Of a stretch of DNA of 64,000 nucleotides, positions 17,989-27,723 are shown in pieces. The notes beneath the pieces are model-generated. The model did not search any database and was not told the DNA's origin. It saw nothing but the letters and a program-made list of their open reading frames with translations. The position numbers and the translations under genes were made by a program. Within the stretch, counting starts at the first letter, position 1. Each line of letters starts with the position of its first letter. The DNA lies in the NCBI GenBank assembly GCA_038230375.1, contig JBBRNJ010000001.1:232929-296928 (forward strand). Reading direction: 5' to 3'. Source of the stretch: Polyangiales bacterium. GTDB taxonomy: Bacteria > Myxococcota_A > Polyangia > Polyangiales > Polyangiaceae.

Positions 17989-19293
17989 ATGTCACCCGGA
18001 CGTGGGTATCATCCTCTCGTGAGCCGCAGACTCGGGTTCCTCACCGTGACCTCATGGCTGGCCTTCGCGTGCGGAGCGGCCGCAACGCCAGGCGCAATGG
18101 GGACGAGGACGGCGACATCGACGGCGACTTCGACGGCGACCTCGACGGCGACTTCGACCTCGACCTCGACCTCGACCTCGACCTCGACCTCGACCTTGCC
18201 CTCGACCCCTTCCCTCCCCCCTCCGCCGACCTCCGACGAGGAGCGGCTCGCCGACGAGATCGCCACGCTCCGTCACGTCACCCGCAAGGCGGCTCTCCAC
18301 GTCGAGACCGTGGACGAGGAGACCTTTCGCCGGCGCACTGCGCTGCCTCCGGCAGACGTGGCGACCGTGTCCACGTACGTCGCGTTCGGTGTGATCCGCC
18401 ACGACCCGCGGGCTGCGCCTCCGCCGAGTCAGCGTGCGTACCTGGGCCTCTACGATTTCTCGGCGCACGCTCTCTATCTTCGCAAGGGCCTGCCGCCGTC
18501 GAGCGAGCGTGGAGTGCTGGTTCACGAGCTCGCACACGCGCTCGAGGACCAGACCTTCGGCATGCCCGACGGCGAGGAGCGCGACGAAGATCACGCGCTC
18601 GCACTGAAGTCGCTCTACGAGGGCGACGCGATGGTCGTGCGCGAACTGTACGCGGCCTCGGCAGAGAACACGGATCCTGGAAAGCGCCTCGAGCATGCCG
18701 TGTTCGTCGTGCGGACGAACCCGCGCGCCCAGCTAGCGCGCGCGCTGGGTGTGCCAGAGATCGCCACGCGCGAGCCAAGATTCAACGAGACGATCTCCGC
18801 GTACATGGATGGGATGATCTTCGTCGCGAAGCTCTACGAGCATGGCGGCTTCCCCGCGATCGATCACGCGTTTGCGAGCCCGCCCGAGAGCACGGAGCAG
18901 ATCCTGCATCCCGAGAAATTCATCGCTGGCGAGAAGCCCGTCACCGTGGAAGCACCCGCGCCGCCCGTCGGCTCCGAGAAGCTCGCGGAGGGGACGTGGG
19001 GGGAGCTTCGCACGCGCCTCTTGCTCGGTCGCTGCGGCAAGACCGCCGTCGTGGACGGATGGGGCTGGGGCGGCGACCGCTACGTCGTGGCGAAGAGCGG
19101 TGGCTCGGAGCTGTCACTGTCCTGGAGCACCGTCTGGGACACCGAGGGCGACGCGATGCGCTTCGAGAACGCGCTCAAGAACGCCGCCGCCTCGTGCTGG
19201 CCTTCGGAGCAGCGTGGCGGCATGTGGATCGGCAAGAAGGATCAGGTCCGCCGAGACGGGTTGCGTGTACTCTACACACGAGGCGCTTTCTAG
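17989..19293 (+). CDS. Putative zinc-metallopeptidase-like lipoprotein with a Ser/Thr-rich linker
   Basis: LAFAC lipobox, (ST)n linker, HELAH (HExxH) followed by LYEGDA. The start may be GTG 18019. Confidence 0.7.
   Translation: MSPGRGYHPLVSRRLGFLTVTSWLAFACGAAATPGAMGTRTATSTATSTATSTATSTSTSTSTSTSTSTLPSTPSLPPPPTSDEERLADEIATLRHVTRKAALHVETVDEETFRRRTALPPADVATVSTYVAFGVIRHDPRAAPPPSQRAYLGLYDFSAHALYLRKGLPPSSERGVLVHELAHALEDQTFGMPDGEERDEDHALALKSLYEGDAMVVRELYAASAENTDPGKRLEHAVFVVRTNPRAQLARALGVPEIATREPRFNETISAYMDGMIFVAKLYEHGGFPAIDHAFASPPESTEQILHPEKFIAGEKPVTVEAPAPPVGSEKLAEGTWGELRTRLLLGRCGKTAVVDGWGWGGDRYVVAKSGGSELSLSWSTVWDTEGDAMRFENALKNAAASCWPSEQRGGMWIGKKDQVRRDGLRVLYTRGAF
18108..18208. repeat. Hexamer repeat (CTCGAC)n encoding TATS/TSTS
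   Basis: Directly visible; same unit as the intergenic repeats at ~8.97 kb and ~60.5 kb. Confidence 0.9.
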
Positions 19294-19327
19294 GACCAAA
19301 TGAGCTCGCCGTGGGATACTCCCCGCG

Positions 19328-20677
19328 ATGACCTCCCTCCGCGTGCCTGCGTCGCTGCTGGGAACGCTCGTGCTCGGAGCGGGTGTTCTCCTCGCGGCGT
19401 GTGGCTCGTCGCACGACGGCAGCGCCGACGCGGACGCATCCGCCGACGCATCGCAAGGCTCGCTCGATGCATCAGGCATTGACGCGAGCGACACCGACAC
19501 GAGCCCGCCGCTCGACAACGGCGCGCCGTCCACCGTCTACCCTGCGCCGCACCCCGCGCCGCCGCAGCTCACGAACGCGAAGGGCGGGCCGGTGCTCGCG
19601 ACGCCCAAGGTGATGTTCCTCTACTACCCGGGCTACCCGTACGAGACAGCGCTCGACGCGTTGGGCCAGGCGCTCGGCGCATCCACGTACTGGGCAGCGG
19701 CCACGGCGGAGTACGGCGTGGGACCGCTCGCGTGGGTCTCGTCGAAGGAGCTCACGGGCCCTGCGCCCGCGAAGATCAGCGACACCGAGATCGACACCTT
19801 CTTCCACGACCAGCTCATCGCCAGCGCGTTCGGCCTCCCGGACACGAACACCATCTACACGTTCTTCTATCCCGCGAGCACGACCATCACCTCCGGCAGC
19901 AGCCAGAGCTGCAGCTCGTTCGGCGGCTACCACTCCAACGTCGCCGCGCAGGTCGGAGGCATGGTGAAGACGTTCGCGTATGCGGTGGTCCCCACGTGCA
20001 CCGGCTTCGGCGGCCTTCAGGGCGTGCAGGAGATCACCGGCGCGCTGAGCCACGAGCTGGTCGAGGCCGTCACGGATCCGTTTCCCACGACCAGCGCTGG
20101 CGCCGACACCGCGTACGGCAACGTGGACGACGATCACTTCGTGTGGACGCTCGGCGGCGGCGGAGAGTCCGGCGATCTGTGCGTTCCCGAACCAGATGCA
20201 TTCTACAAGGATATGACGCTGGGCCTCACGGTGCAGCGCACGTGGTCCAACGCGCAGGCCGCGGCAGGCCACGATCCATGCGCGCCGTCTCTGGGCACGC
20301 CGTTCTTCGCCAGCGCGCCCGTGCTGCCGGACGTGGGCACGGTGAAGCTGCCCATGGGCTTTGGCCGCGGCGCGGTCACGTCGAAGAGCGTGCGCATCCC
20401 CGTGGGTGAGAGCCGCGTCGTCGAGGTCGATCTCTACAGCGACCAGGCAACCAGCGGCCCATGGAAGGTGTCCGCGCGCGATGCCCTTGCCGACCTGGGC
20501 GACAACAAGACGCTCTCCTTCGTGTGGGATCGCACGTCCGGCCTGAACGGAGAGAAGCTTCACGTCACCGTGTCCGTGCACGGCACGTCCAGCTTCTTCC
20601 CCGGCGCGCATGCGTTCACCGTCTACTCCACGCTCGGCGCGTCCGTGCACGCCTGGACCGCGCTGGTTCTGGAGTAG
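19328..20677 (+). CDS. Lipoprotein with a Phi-1/EXORDIUM-like domain
   Basis: LLAAC lipobox; GGPVL, GGYHS, SHELVEAVTDP, ESGDLC, VQRTWSN. Confidence 0.65.
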   Translation: MTSLRVPASLLGTLVLGAGVLLAACGSSHDGSADADASADASQGSLDASGIDASDTDTSPPLDNGAPSTVYPAPHPAPPQLTNAKGGPVLATPKVMFLYYPGYPYETALDALGQALGASTYWAAATAEYGVGPLAWVSSKELTGPAPAKISDTEIDTFFHDQLIASAFGLPDTNTIYTFFYPASTTITSGSSQSCSSFGGYHSNVAAQVGGMVKTFAYAVVPTCTGFGGLQGVQEITGALSHELVEAVTDPFPTTSAGADTAYGNVDDDHFVWTLGGGGESGDLCVPEPDAFYKDMTLGLTVQRTWSNAQAAAGHDPCAPSLGTPFFASAPVLPDVGTVKLPMGFGRGAVTSKSVRIPVGESRVVEVDLYSDQATSGPWKVSARDALADLGDNKTLSFVWDRTSGLNGEKLHVTVSVHGTSSFFPGAHAFTVYSTLGASVHAWTALVLE

Positions 20678-20680
20678 CGC

Positions 20681-21814
20681 ATGACCATCCCGCCCGATTC
20701 GACCACGCGCGTCGATCCGCGCACCGCGGAGCTGGAGGGGCATGCGCCCGTGCTGGTTGCGCGCGCGGCGGCGCTACGTGAGGAGCTCGTGCAGCTGCTT
20801 GCGCGCGAGCCGCTGCTCAAGATCCACTCGGTCACCGCGCGCGTGAAGTCTGCGGAGAGCCTGGAAGGAAAGCTGGCGCGCCCGGACCGCACCTACGAAT
20901 CGCTCTGGGACGTGACGGATCTGGTGGGGCTCCGCGTGATCACCTACTTCGAGGACGACGTTGATCGTGTCGGTCGCCTGGTGGAGGCGCACTGGCCCGT
21001 GGACTTCGCCAACTCCACGGACAAGCGGCGGCGACGGGAGACGTCTGCCTTCGGCTACAGCTCACTCCACTACGTCTGCACCATGACGGCGGACGGCACG
21101 CTGCCAGAGAGCGCGCGCTGCGAGGTCCAGGTGCGCACGCTGCTCGAGCACGCGTGGGCGGAGATCGAGCACGACCTTGGCTACAAGGCAGCGGCGCAGA
21201 TGCCGAAGCACGTGGAGCGCAGGCTGGTGCGCCTGGCGGGTCTCCTGGAGCTGGCCGACCAGGAGTTCGCGCGCATCCGCGACGACCTCCAGAGCTACGC
21301 ACACGCGCTGCCCCGACGCATCGAAGAGAACTCCGGCGCGGTCGCGCTCGATCGGCTCTCACTCGCCTCGTTGCTCGACATGCCAGAGGCGCGCGCGCTC
21401 GATCACCGGATCGCGAAGGCCATGGGAAAGAAGCTGGGAACGGAGCCGTTCTTCCCGGAGTACCTCCTGCGCATGCTGGCGCTCTCCGGAATAGAGACGG
21501 TGGGGGATGCGCGGGCTGGGCTCGCGAAGCACGAGGACGCGATCGTCTCCATGGTCGCGCCGTACTTCGCGTTCGCGTGGGCAAGCTTCCAGCTCTCCAC
21601 GGAGGCCATGCCTCGGGCGCCGCGCGGCTACTCGCTCTTCTTCCTGGCGCACGCGACCGTGCTGTTCGCGGAGTCGCTCGGCGTGAGCAAGGCAGAGCGG
21701 CTCGCACGCCTCTATCGCGAGCTCGATTACCCGGATGACGAGAAGAAGGCGCAGAAGGTCGCGAGCGAGCTCGTACGCGCGTTCACCGGCGGGGCGCCGC
21801 CAGAAACTGGCTAG
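20681..21814 (+). CDS. Small alarmone synthetase (RelA/SpoT synthetase domain) with a C-terminal extension
   Basis: ARVKSAESLEGK, DLVGLRVI, GYSSLHY, EVQVRTLLEHAWAEIEHDLGYK. Confidence 0.9.
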   Translation: MTIPPDSTTRVDPRTAELEGHAPVLVARAAALREELVQLLAREPLLKIHSVTARVKSAESLEGKLARPDRTYESLWDVTDLVGLRVITYFEDDVDRVGRLVEAHWPVDFANSTDKRRRRETSAFGYSSLHYVCTMTADGTLPESARCEVQVRTLLEHAWAEIEHDLGYKAAAQMPKHVERRLVRLAGLLELADQEFARIRDDLQSYAHALPRRIEENSGAVALDRLSLASLLDMPEARALDHRIAKAMGKKLGTEPFFPEYLLRMLALSGIETVGDARAGLAKHEDAIVSMVAPYFAFAWASFQLSTEAMPRAPRGYSLFFLAHATVLFAESLGVSKAERLARLYRELDYPDDEKKAQKVASELVRAFTGGAPPETG

Positions 21815-22470
21815 CCGGTGCGCAGGCGCTTGGCCGCGACGACGAGCACGTCCTCGCGTACTTCGGCGAGCGTCTTGCACCCCGTCTTCTTCAAGACGTG
21901 CCGGACGTGCGTCTTGTAGGTGTTGTCGGTGATGTCTTGCTCGTTCATGTACTGCTCGCGTGGAACGCGGGCGACAGCGGCGTTGACCAGGTCGGCCTCT
22001 GCATGGCTCAGGCGGGCCTGCCGCGCGAGCTGCTCGACGGCGACGAACAGCTCGGAGCGGGGCGCAGACTTCTCGTCCGTCGACGGGGTGCCGAGAGCCT
22101 CCGCAGCGAAGCGCCGAAGCCTCTCGACCTCGACGGGCTTGCACACGTAGGCCGCCCCCAGATCGAATGCGCGGTTGACGATGCCGACATCGAGCCGCCC
22201 AGTGCACAGCAACGCAGGCACCTGGGGATGCTGCCCGCGCACCATCGCAAGAAGGTCCAGACCGTCACCGTCACCCAGGTTCTGGTCCATCACGAAGCCG
22301 CTCCACGCAGAATGACTGGCGAGCGCATCGAGCGCCTCTGTGATCGAAGACGCGCATCGAACCTCTGCGTACGGCGCAAGGATGCGGCGCAGGACACCCA
22401 TCACCTGCGCCTCGTCCTCGACGACGAGGAATGGCGGGAGCTCCGCGGGGAGTGCAGGGTCGGTAGGCAT
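21811..22470 (-). CDS. Response regulator, REC plus LuxR-like HTH
   Basis: VVEDE, phosphoacceptor MDQNL, CTG, CKPV; C-terminal LSHAE...TYKTHVRHVLKKTG. Confidence 0.85.
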   Translation of the reverse strand: MPTDPALPAELPPFLVVEDEAQVMGVLRRILAPYAEVRCASSITEALDALASHSAWSGFVMDQNLGDGDGLDLLAMVRGQHPQVPALLCTGRLDVGIVNRAFDLGAAYVCKPVEVERLRRFAAEALGTPSTDEKSAPRSELFVAVEQLARQARLSHAEADLVNAAVARVPREQYMNEQDITDNTYKTHVRHVLKKTGCKTLAEVREDVLVVAAKRLRTG

Positions 22471-22638
22471 GTCGTGGCAACGTCCACGCAGCCGAACAAA
22501 TTAAGCGTGAGGGATTGCTTGGGTGGTTCGTTGATCCACCACCTGCTTGGCATCACCCTCACACGCAGCAGAATCAAATCAATGATATCAACGCGGTGTA
22601 ATCTTGCGCGTAGGTATGGTCCTCGCTCATCGGCGGCC

Positions 22639-23121
22639 GTGCGCACACATCCGCTCCTGTTCGCCGCCGCGATCGCTCTCCTCAACATGGTCACCGCCGT
22701 GCCTTCCAGCGCGGAGGTCGTCCGCTCCGAAGGGCATGGGCCGCAGAAGCCGAACGTGCTGGCGATGGGTGATGTGAAGATCTTCTCGAACGCGAGCGAC
22801 GAGGTGCGACCGGACCAGGTCCGACAAGAGGCGATGAGCGCACTCGCGACGCTCGACCTGTCGAGCCTGCCCGCGTCCTCACGCAACGTCGTGTCGGTCA
22901 CGCTCGTGCGCGTCGCGCCCACTGCGGAGAGCCCGGAGCCGTCGTGCGTGGTCACCGCGCTCGTGCGCGACATGCGCAAGGAGTCACTGGTGGCGACGAT
23001 CGAGACACGCGCGCGGGCACCGCTCGGCAGCACCGCCGCGTCGAACGCTCGAGAGAATCACGCGATGATGCGGAGCGCAGTGCGTGCCGCGATCTCGCAG
23101 CTGCCCACCGCGCTCAAGTAG
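22639..23121 (+). CDS. Secreted hypothetical protein, about 160 aa
   Basis: GTG start inferred; signal peptide RTHPLLFAAAIALLNMVTAVPSSA; 3' part of ORF 21898-23121. Confidence 0.6.
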   Translation: MRTHPLLFAAAIALLNMVTAVPSSAEVVRSEGHGPQKPNVLAMGDVKIFSNASDEVRPDQVRQEAMSALATLDLSSLPASSRNVVSVTLVRVAPTAESPEPSCVVTALVRDMRKESLVATIETRARAPLGSTAASNARENHAMMRSAVRAAISQLPTALK

Positions 23122-23147
23122 GTCGCACCCTCCGCAGCCTGCCACCG

Positions 23148-23522
23148 CTACTTGAGGTCAGCGCCGCTCTTCAGCCAGCTCGCTACCTTCTTGCCGTCGG
23201 CGCTGCTCTTCCATGCAGGGTTGCCCTTGGGCATGGCGCCTGCCTTGATCATCGACGCCATATGCGTCTTGTCCGCCTTGATGCCGGCGAGCGTCTTGAA
23301 CTGAGCGTGGCAACCACCGCAGGTGCTGTCGATGACCGACTTGGTGTCCTTGTAGAGGAACTTCTTCGTCAGGTCTTCGGTCGTCTGGTCGGTATTCTCC
23401 CCGTCGGTCGTCGCATTGGTGTCGGTCGCAACGGCGGGGTCGGTGGACTCGGACGCGGTCTCCGCAGCACATCCGGCAAGCGCAAACACCAGGGACACAA
23501 GGAGCAAGCTGTAGGTTTTCAT
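23148..23522 (-). CDS. Monoheme c-type cytochrome lipoprotein
   Basis: LAGC lipobox, CGGCH heme motif, distal GAMP methionine. Confidence 0.8.
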   Translation of the reverse strand: MKTYSLLLVSLVFALAGCAAETASESTDPAVATDTNATTDGENTDQTTEDLTKKFLYKDTKSVIDSTCGGCHAQFKTLAGIKADKTHMASMIKAGAMPKGNPAWKSSADGKKVASWLKSGADLK

Positions 23523-23866
23523 CGGGCGCTGCTTTGACCTGGCCCGGCCGTGCGCGCAAGGTCGCACAGGTAGGTTTTCGATTTCCTGGTAGGCAACGAT
23601 GATGCGTCCGAGCCTGTCGTGAACCCCGCCGGAAGCCCTGACTCGATCAGCGCTTGCAGTCCTCTGGTAACGAGCTATGTTCCGCCCTGTCTCACGCTAC
23701 GTTCTCGCTTTCGACGCTCTCTCTCTCGTATTGGGATCGGCATTGTGGGTTTCGTCACCGTGAGGATCGTGGGAACTCTCCCCCGAACCTCGTCCATCCA
23801 AAATGGCAAACGGCACCTTGGACCTGGGTCACTTTCAGCGCCGGATTTCAGAGAAGAGAAACAGTC

Positions 23867-24205
<339 letters not shown>

Positions 24206-24290
24206 TCGGTTTCAGCTGATCGCCCTGAACGTGGGCTCGTAGCAATACGAGCTCCGGTTCATTCGTGACCCGGTTCAGCGTTCAGAAACA

Positions 24291-24333
24291 AAAGAAGCGC
24301 GCCATCCTTCATCGGGCGGCGCGCTTTCTCTAT
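24291..24333. terminator. Probable bidirectional intrinsic terminator
   Basis: Stem AAGCGCGCC / GGCGCGCTT flanked by an A-rich and a T-rich tract, between convergent genes. Confidence 0.65.
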
Positions 24334-24384
24334 TTCAGCAGTCTCGAGCGAGAAGGAAGGCCTGGCGCCGGTCGCGCCACCACC

Positions 24385-24576
24385 TCACACGGGATCTTCT
24401 TCCGGAAGAGGCTGCGGGCCCGGGATGATCCCCGCGATATCCGGATCAACGCCGTCGGCCGCGGCGGGCTTCTGGGCCTTCTCGTCACGACGATCCTTGC
24501 GCTTGACCTCCTTGTCACGCTGCTTGTCCTGTCGGTTTTTTTCTTTTTGGCGCTTGTTGACGCTCGGATTTCCCAC
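24385..24576 (-). CDS. Small basic hypothetical protein, 63 aa
   Basis: GGGAG upstream of GTG; K/R-rich helix followed by DPDIAGIIPGPQP. Confidence 0.7.
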   Translation of the reverse strand: MGNPSVNKRQKEKNRQDKQRDKEVKRKDRRDEKAQKPAAADGVDPDIAGIIPGPQPLPEEDPV

Positions 24577-25918
24577 TGGCGCTCCCGGTCTTAGGTGAAG
24601 GACGCACCATAGCGCGTCTTGGCCCGCGAATCTGCCGGTATGGTTCGGTGCTCTGCTCTTTGTCGTGTGCTTCCGCAGAGCGCGCGCGCATCACCACGAA
24701 GTCGAACGCCAGCGAGGGTAGGAGGAGACCGACGACGAGCACCGAACCGGCCACGCTGCGATCGACGCCGAGCCTGGTTGCCGCCCGTAACACGCGCGCG
24801 ATCCCGTGCGCGGCAAGGATGGCCAGCGGCCCAAGGCAGTCCGCCGAGGCGATCGGCCCGACCAGATGCGGCCCGCGGGTGCCTATGAAGAGGCCCGATG
24901 CCAGGTGGATGAGCAGCCCCGCGGACAGGAGGCGCGTGACGCGATCGGTTGTGGCGCCGAGCACGACCAGAGCGAGCCCGAGCGGTCCCACAAACCACGC
25001 CGCGAGGGCGAGCGCTTCGTGTACGCAGCTGCTGCCGAAGCGCGTCCATAACATCGCCGCCGTCGAGGGCGCAGCGAGGGCCGGGCCGTCCGGCACGAGA
25101 GTGGCTCCGAATACACCAAGCTGAAGCGCGACGAGCACGGCGAGCGGCAGCGCGAGGCCAGCCACGAGCCCGACAGCCGCGTCGCGTCGACTCGATCGGG
25201 TCCAGAGCGCATCGAGCACGAGCGGCAGGAGAAGCAACGCGGCTGACACCGGGCTTCCGATCATGGCTACACCGATGGCCAGCCCGGTCGCGGCCCAGCG
25301 CCATACGCGACCCTGCGCGCGCGCGCCGAGCCATGTCACGATCGCGACCGCGACGAATGCGCGAGACAGGAACTGTGCACTGGTGATCGACAGGCACGCT
25401 CCGAGCGGCGACGCCGCGACGATGACAGCGGCGACCGCGGAAGGCGCAGGCCCCAGGAGCCTTCGCGTCGCAATGCCGACAGCAAGGACGCAGAGCGCTG
25501 CGAGCAGCGCGCACGCCACCGCGGGCGCCACTTGCGCTCGAAGCACGGCGACGCCGAGCAGGACGCACGGAACGAGCACCATGGTGAGCTGGCGGCTTAT
25601 ACCTGCGGCGTCGAGCCAGAGCTTCAATGCTCGCAGCGCGCGTCCGAGGAACGGTGAGATGCCGTAGCCGATGAGGAGAGCACCTGGCGCACAGAGCACG
25701 GCATGCCCCGTCCAGAACGCCGCCTCACCAGCAGTGGAACGGAGCGGCTCCGCGGACAGGCGCAGCTCCATTCCGGTGGGCGTCTGGGAAAGGCCGAAGA
25801 GCTCGGCGCACATCAGGACTCCCACGAGCGTGGAGGCGACGTGGCGTGCAACCCCGCCCTTCACAACGCCCTCATGTTTCACGTTGGCGGCCGCCGAATG
25901 GGAACGACCTCGACCCAC
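24515..25918 (-). CDS. Polytopic membrane protein; shortened paralogue of the adjacent GT-C glycosyltransferase
   Basis: Many hydrophobic segments and blocks shared with 25879-27639. Start position uncertain. Confidence 0.6.
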   Translation of the reverse strand: MGRGRSHSAAANVKHEGVVKGGVARHVASTLVGVLMCAELFGLSQTPTGMELRLSAEPLRSTAGEAAFWTGHAVLCAPGALLIGYGISPFLGRALRALKLWLDAAGISRQLTMVLVPCVLLGVAVLRAQVAPAVACALLAALCVLAVGIATRRLLGPAPSAVAAVIVAASPLGACLSITSAQFLSRAFVAVAIVTWLGARAQGRVWRWAATGLAIGVAMIGSPVSAALLLLPLVLDALWTRSSRRDAAVGLVAGLALPLAVLVALQLGVFGATLVPDGPALAAPSTAAMLWTRFGSSCVHEALALAAWFVGPLGLALVVLGATTDRVTRLLSAGLLIHLASGLFIGTRGPHLVGPIASADCLGPLAILAAHGIARVLRAATRLGVDRSVAGSVLVVGLLLPSLAFDFVVMRARSAEAHDKEQSTEPYRQIRGPRRAMVRPSPKTGSASGKSERQQAPKRKKPTGQAA

Positions 25919-27639
25919 GGCGCCTGCGGGAGGGTGCGCATGCGATAGAACTCCCGATCGGGATAGCTAGCCCGCAGGCTGCTCTCCACGTTCACGGCGT
26001 CGATCAGGATCAGCACGTCATCGGAGTAGTCGGGCCGCGTCGGTCGCCAGTGGTAGACCTGGGTGCCGCGATACTTGAACGGCGGAATGCTGAGCCACGC
26101 AGCAGTGTATCCAGGAGCCAGGACGACAGCATGATGCAGCGTCGCGACTGACCCGTAGAGGGTCTCATGGATCCGCGCCTGCTGGCGGAGCGCATACGCG
26201 TTCCATCCGGTGAACATGAAGAGTGACAGGGCGATCCCGGGCACGAGCGTGGAGAGCGCACCATGCACGGGGATTCGCCTGGCCTGAACCATCCTGGTCA
26301 CCCGCTCGGCGCCGTGGACCGCGAGCACCGTGAGCGACATGGCCGTGTCGATCGAGTGCGTCGGACCGAAGGTGTGCACCCCCGGATGCTCGTGGAACAT
26401 GGCCACCAGGAGCAGCATGACGACCCCGAGCGCCAGCCGCCGCGTGAACGCGTCCGTCCACGCGCCGATCCCAGCAAGCCCGACCCCGACGGGACCGAGG
26501 AACCAGACGCACAGAAGGAAGAAGTTATATCCGGAGTTCGCGCCGAAGCGGAGCCACAGGCGCGACGGATCCCACAGCTTCGTCGAGGCAGGGCCCGAGT
26601 AGTGGATGGTGCTCGGACCGTGACGCGGCAGCTGCCATGGCACGCCCGTCACTGCCCACGCATGCAGCGCCAGGATGGCAAGCGGGATGGCCGCGCCCGC
26701 GATCAAACCCAGGAGCACCGTGCGGAGCCGCCCCGTGCGCCATGCGGTCCACAGCGTGCCCAGGACCAGCGGCGCGAAGAGCGTGGTGGTCTCGTACACG
26801 CGGCACATGAACGCAGTGCCGAGCGCAAGACCGAACAGCGCCCACGCGCCCTGCGTGCCCTTGGCCTCGGCGCGCACGTACGCGTAGAGCGAGGCCGCGA
26901 TCGCCGCGCGGGAAAGGATGTGCGCATGCGTGGTGAACGAGAGCGACAGCATCATTGGTGACGCCACGAACAGCACCACCGCGAGCACGCCCCACGCGAC
27001 GCCGAGACGCCTCGCGATCAGTGCGGCAAGGAAGGGGACTGGCACCGCAGCCGCGAGCGCGAAGATCCAGGGCCCCGTATGTGTCAACTCGGAGAACGCC
27101 CAGGCAAGCTGCACTCCCAGGAATTCGAACGACGTCCACTCCGGCCCGTTCGAGAAGAAGAACACACCAGGGAACGCCTCCCGCGGCACCGGCCGCTGCA
27201 CCATGACCTTCCCCAGCGCCAGGACCTGTCCCCCGAACCGCGACGTGGTCTCGTCGTCGGTGACGGGAAAATCCGCGAGCACGACCGCATGCGCGGCCCG
27301 CGAGGCAATCGCGAAGATCGCTGCCGCCAGGAACACGAGACGAAGGCGCGCGCGCGACGAGAGACCGAGGAGCCAGGCGTGCAAGCGGGTGAGACCGGCA
27401 GCGCTCTGCGCGGAGAACGCCCAGGCGACAAGCAGGCCCGCCGGAAGAAGAAGCAGCTCGCTCGCGAGCCAGAACATGGACTCGCCGGCACTGCTCTCGT
27501 TGCTGTCGCGAACAAGGACATCGATGCCCGCGTCCGTCTTCCCGAGCGCAAAAAACGCGGCGATCAGGGTGATGCCGGCCCCGAGAGCCCACCACCTGAT
27601 CCGGTTGGCCCGCGGCGGCGTCGGCGGACGAACACCCAT
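25879..27639 (-). CDS. GT-C fold (ArnT/PMT-like) membrane glycosyltransferase
   Basis: About 12 hydrophobic segments; acidic PVTDDE loop; ASP and FMCR-like motifs; C-terminal soluble domain. Confidence 0.65.
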   Translation of the reverse strand: MGVRPPTPPRANRIRWWALGAGITLIAAFFALGKTDAGIDVLVRDSNESSAGESMFWLASELLLLPAGLLVAWAFSAQSAAGLTRLHAWLLGLSSRARLRLVFLAAAIFAIASRAAHAVVLADFPVTDDETTSRFGGQVLALGKVMVQRPVPREAFPGVFFFSNGPEWTSFEFLGVQLAWAFSELTHTGPWIFALAAAVPVPFLAALIARRLGVAWGVLAVVLFVASPMMLSLSFTTHAHILSRAAIAASLYAYVRAEAKGTQGAWALFGLALGTAFMCRVYETTTLFAPLVLGTLWTAWRTGRLRTVLLGLIAGAAIPLAILALHAWAVTGVPWQLPRHGPSTIHYSGPASTKLWDPSRLWLRFGANSGYNFFLLCVWFLGPVGVGLAGIGAWTDAFTRRLALGVVMLLLVAMFHEHPGVHTFGPTHSIDTAMSLTVLAVHGAERVTRMVQARRIPVHGALSTLVPGIALSLFMFTGWNAYALRQQARIHETLYGSVATLHHAVVLAPGYTAAWLSIPPFKYRGTQVYHWRPTRPDYSDDVLILIDAVNVESSLRASYPDREFYRMRTLPQAPWVEVVPIRRPPT

Positions 27640-27723
27640 CGTGGCGGAGCCTACGTCAGTTGGTGCTCATGGTGCAAGCGCGCGGCCTTGACTGCCGCTG
27701 GACGAGCATGCAACCTCGCCGCT

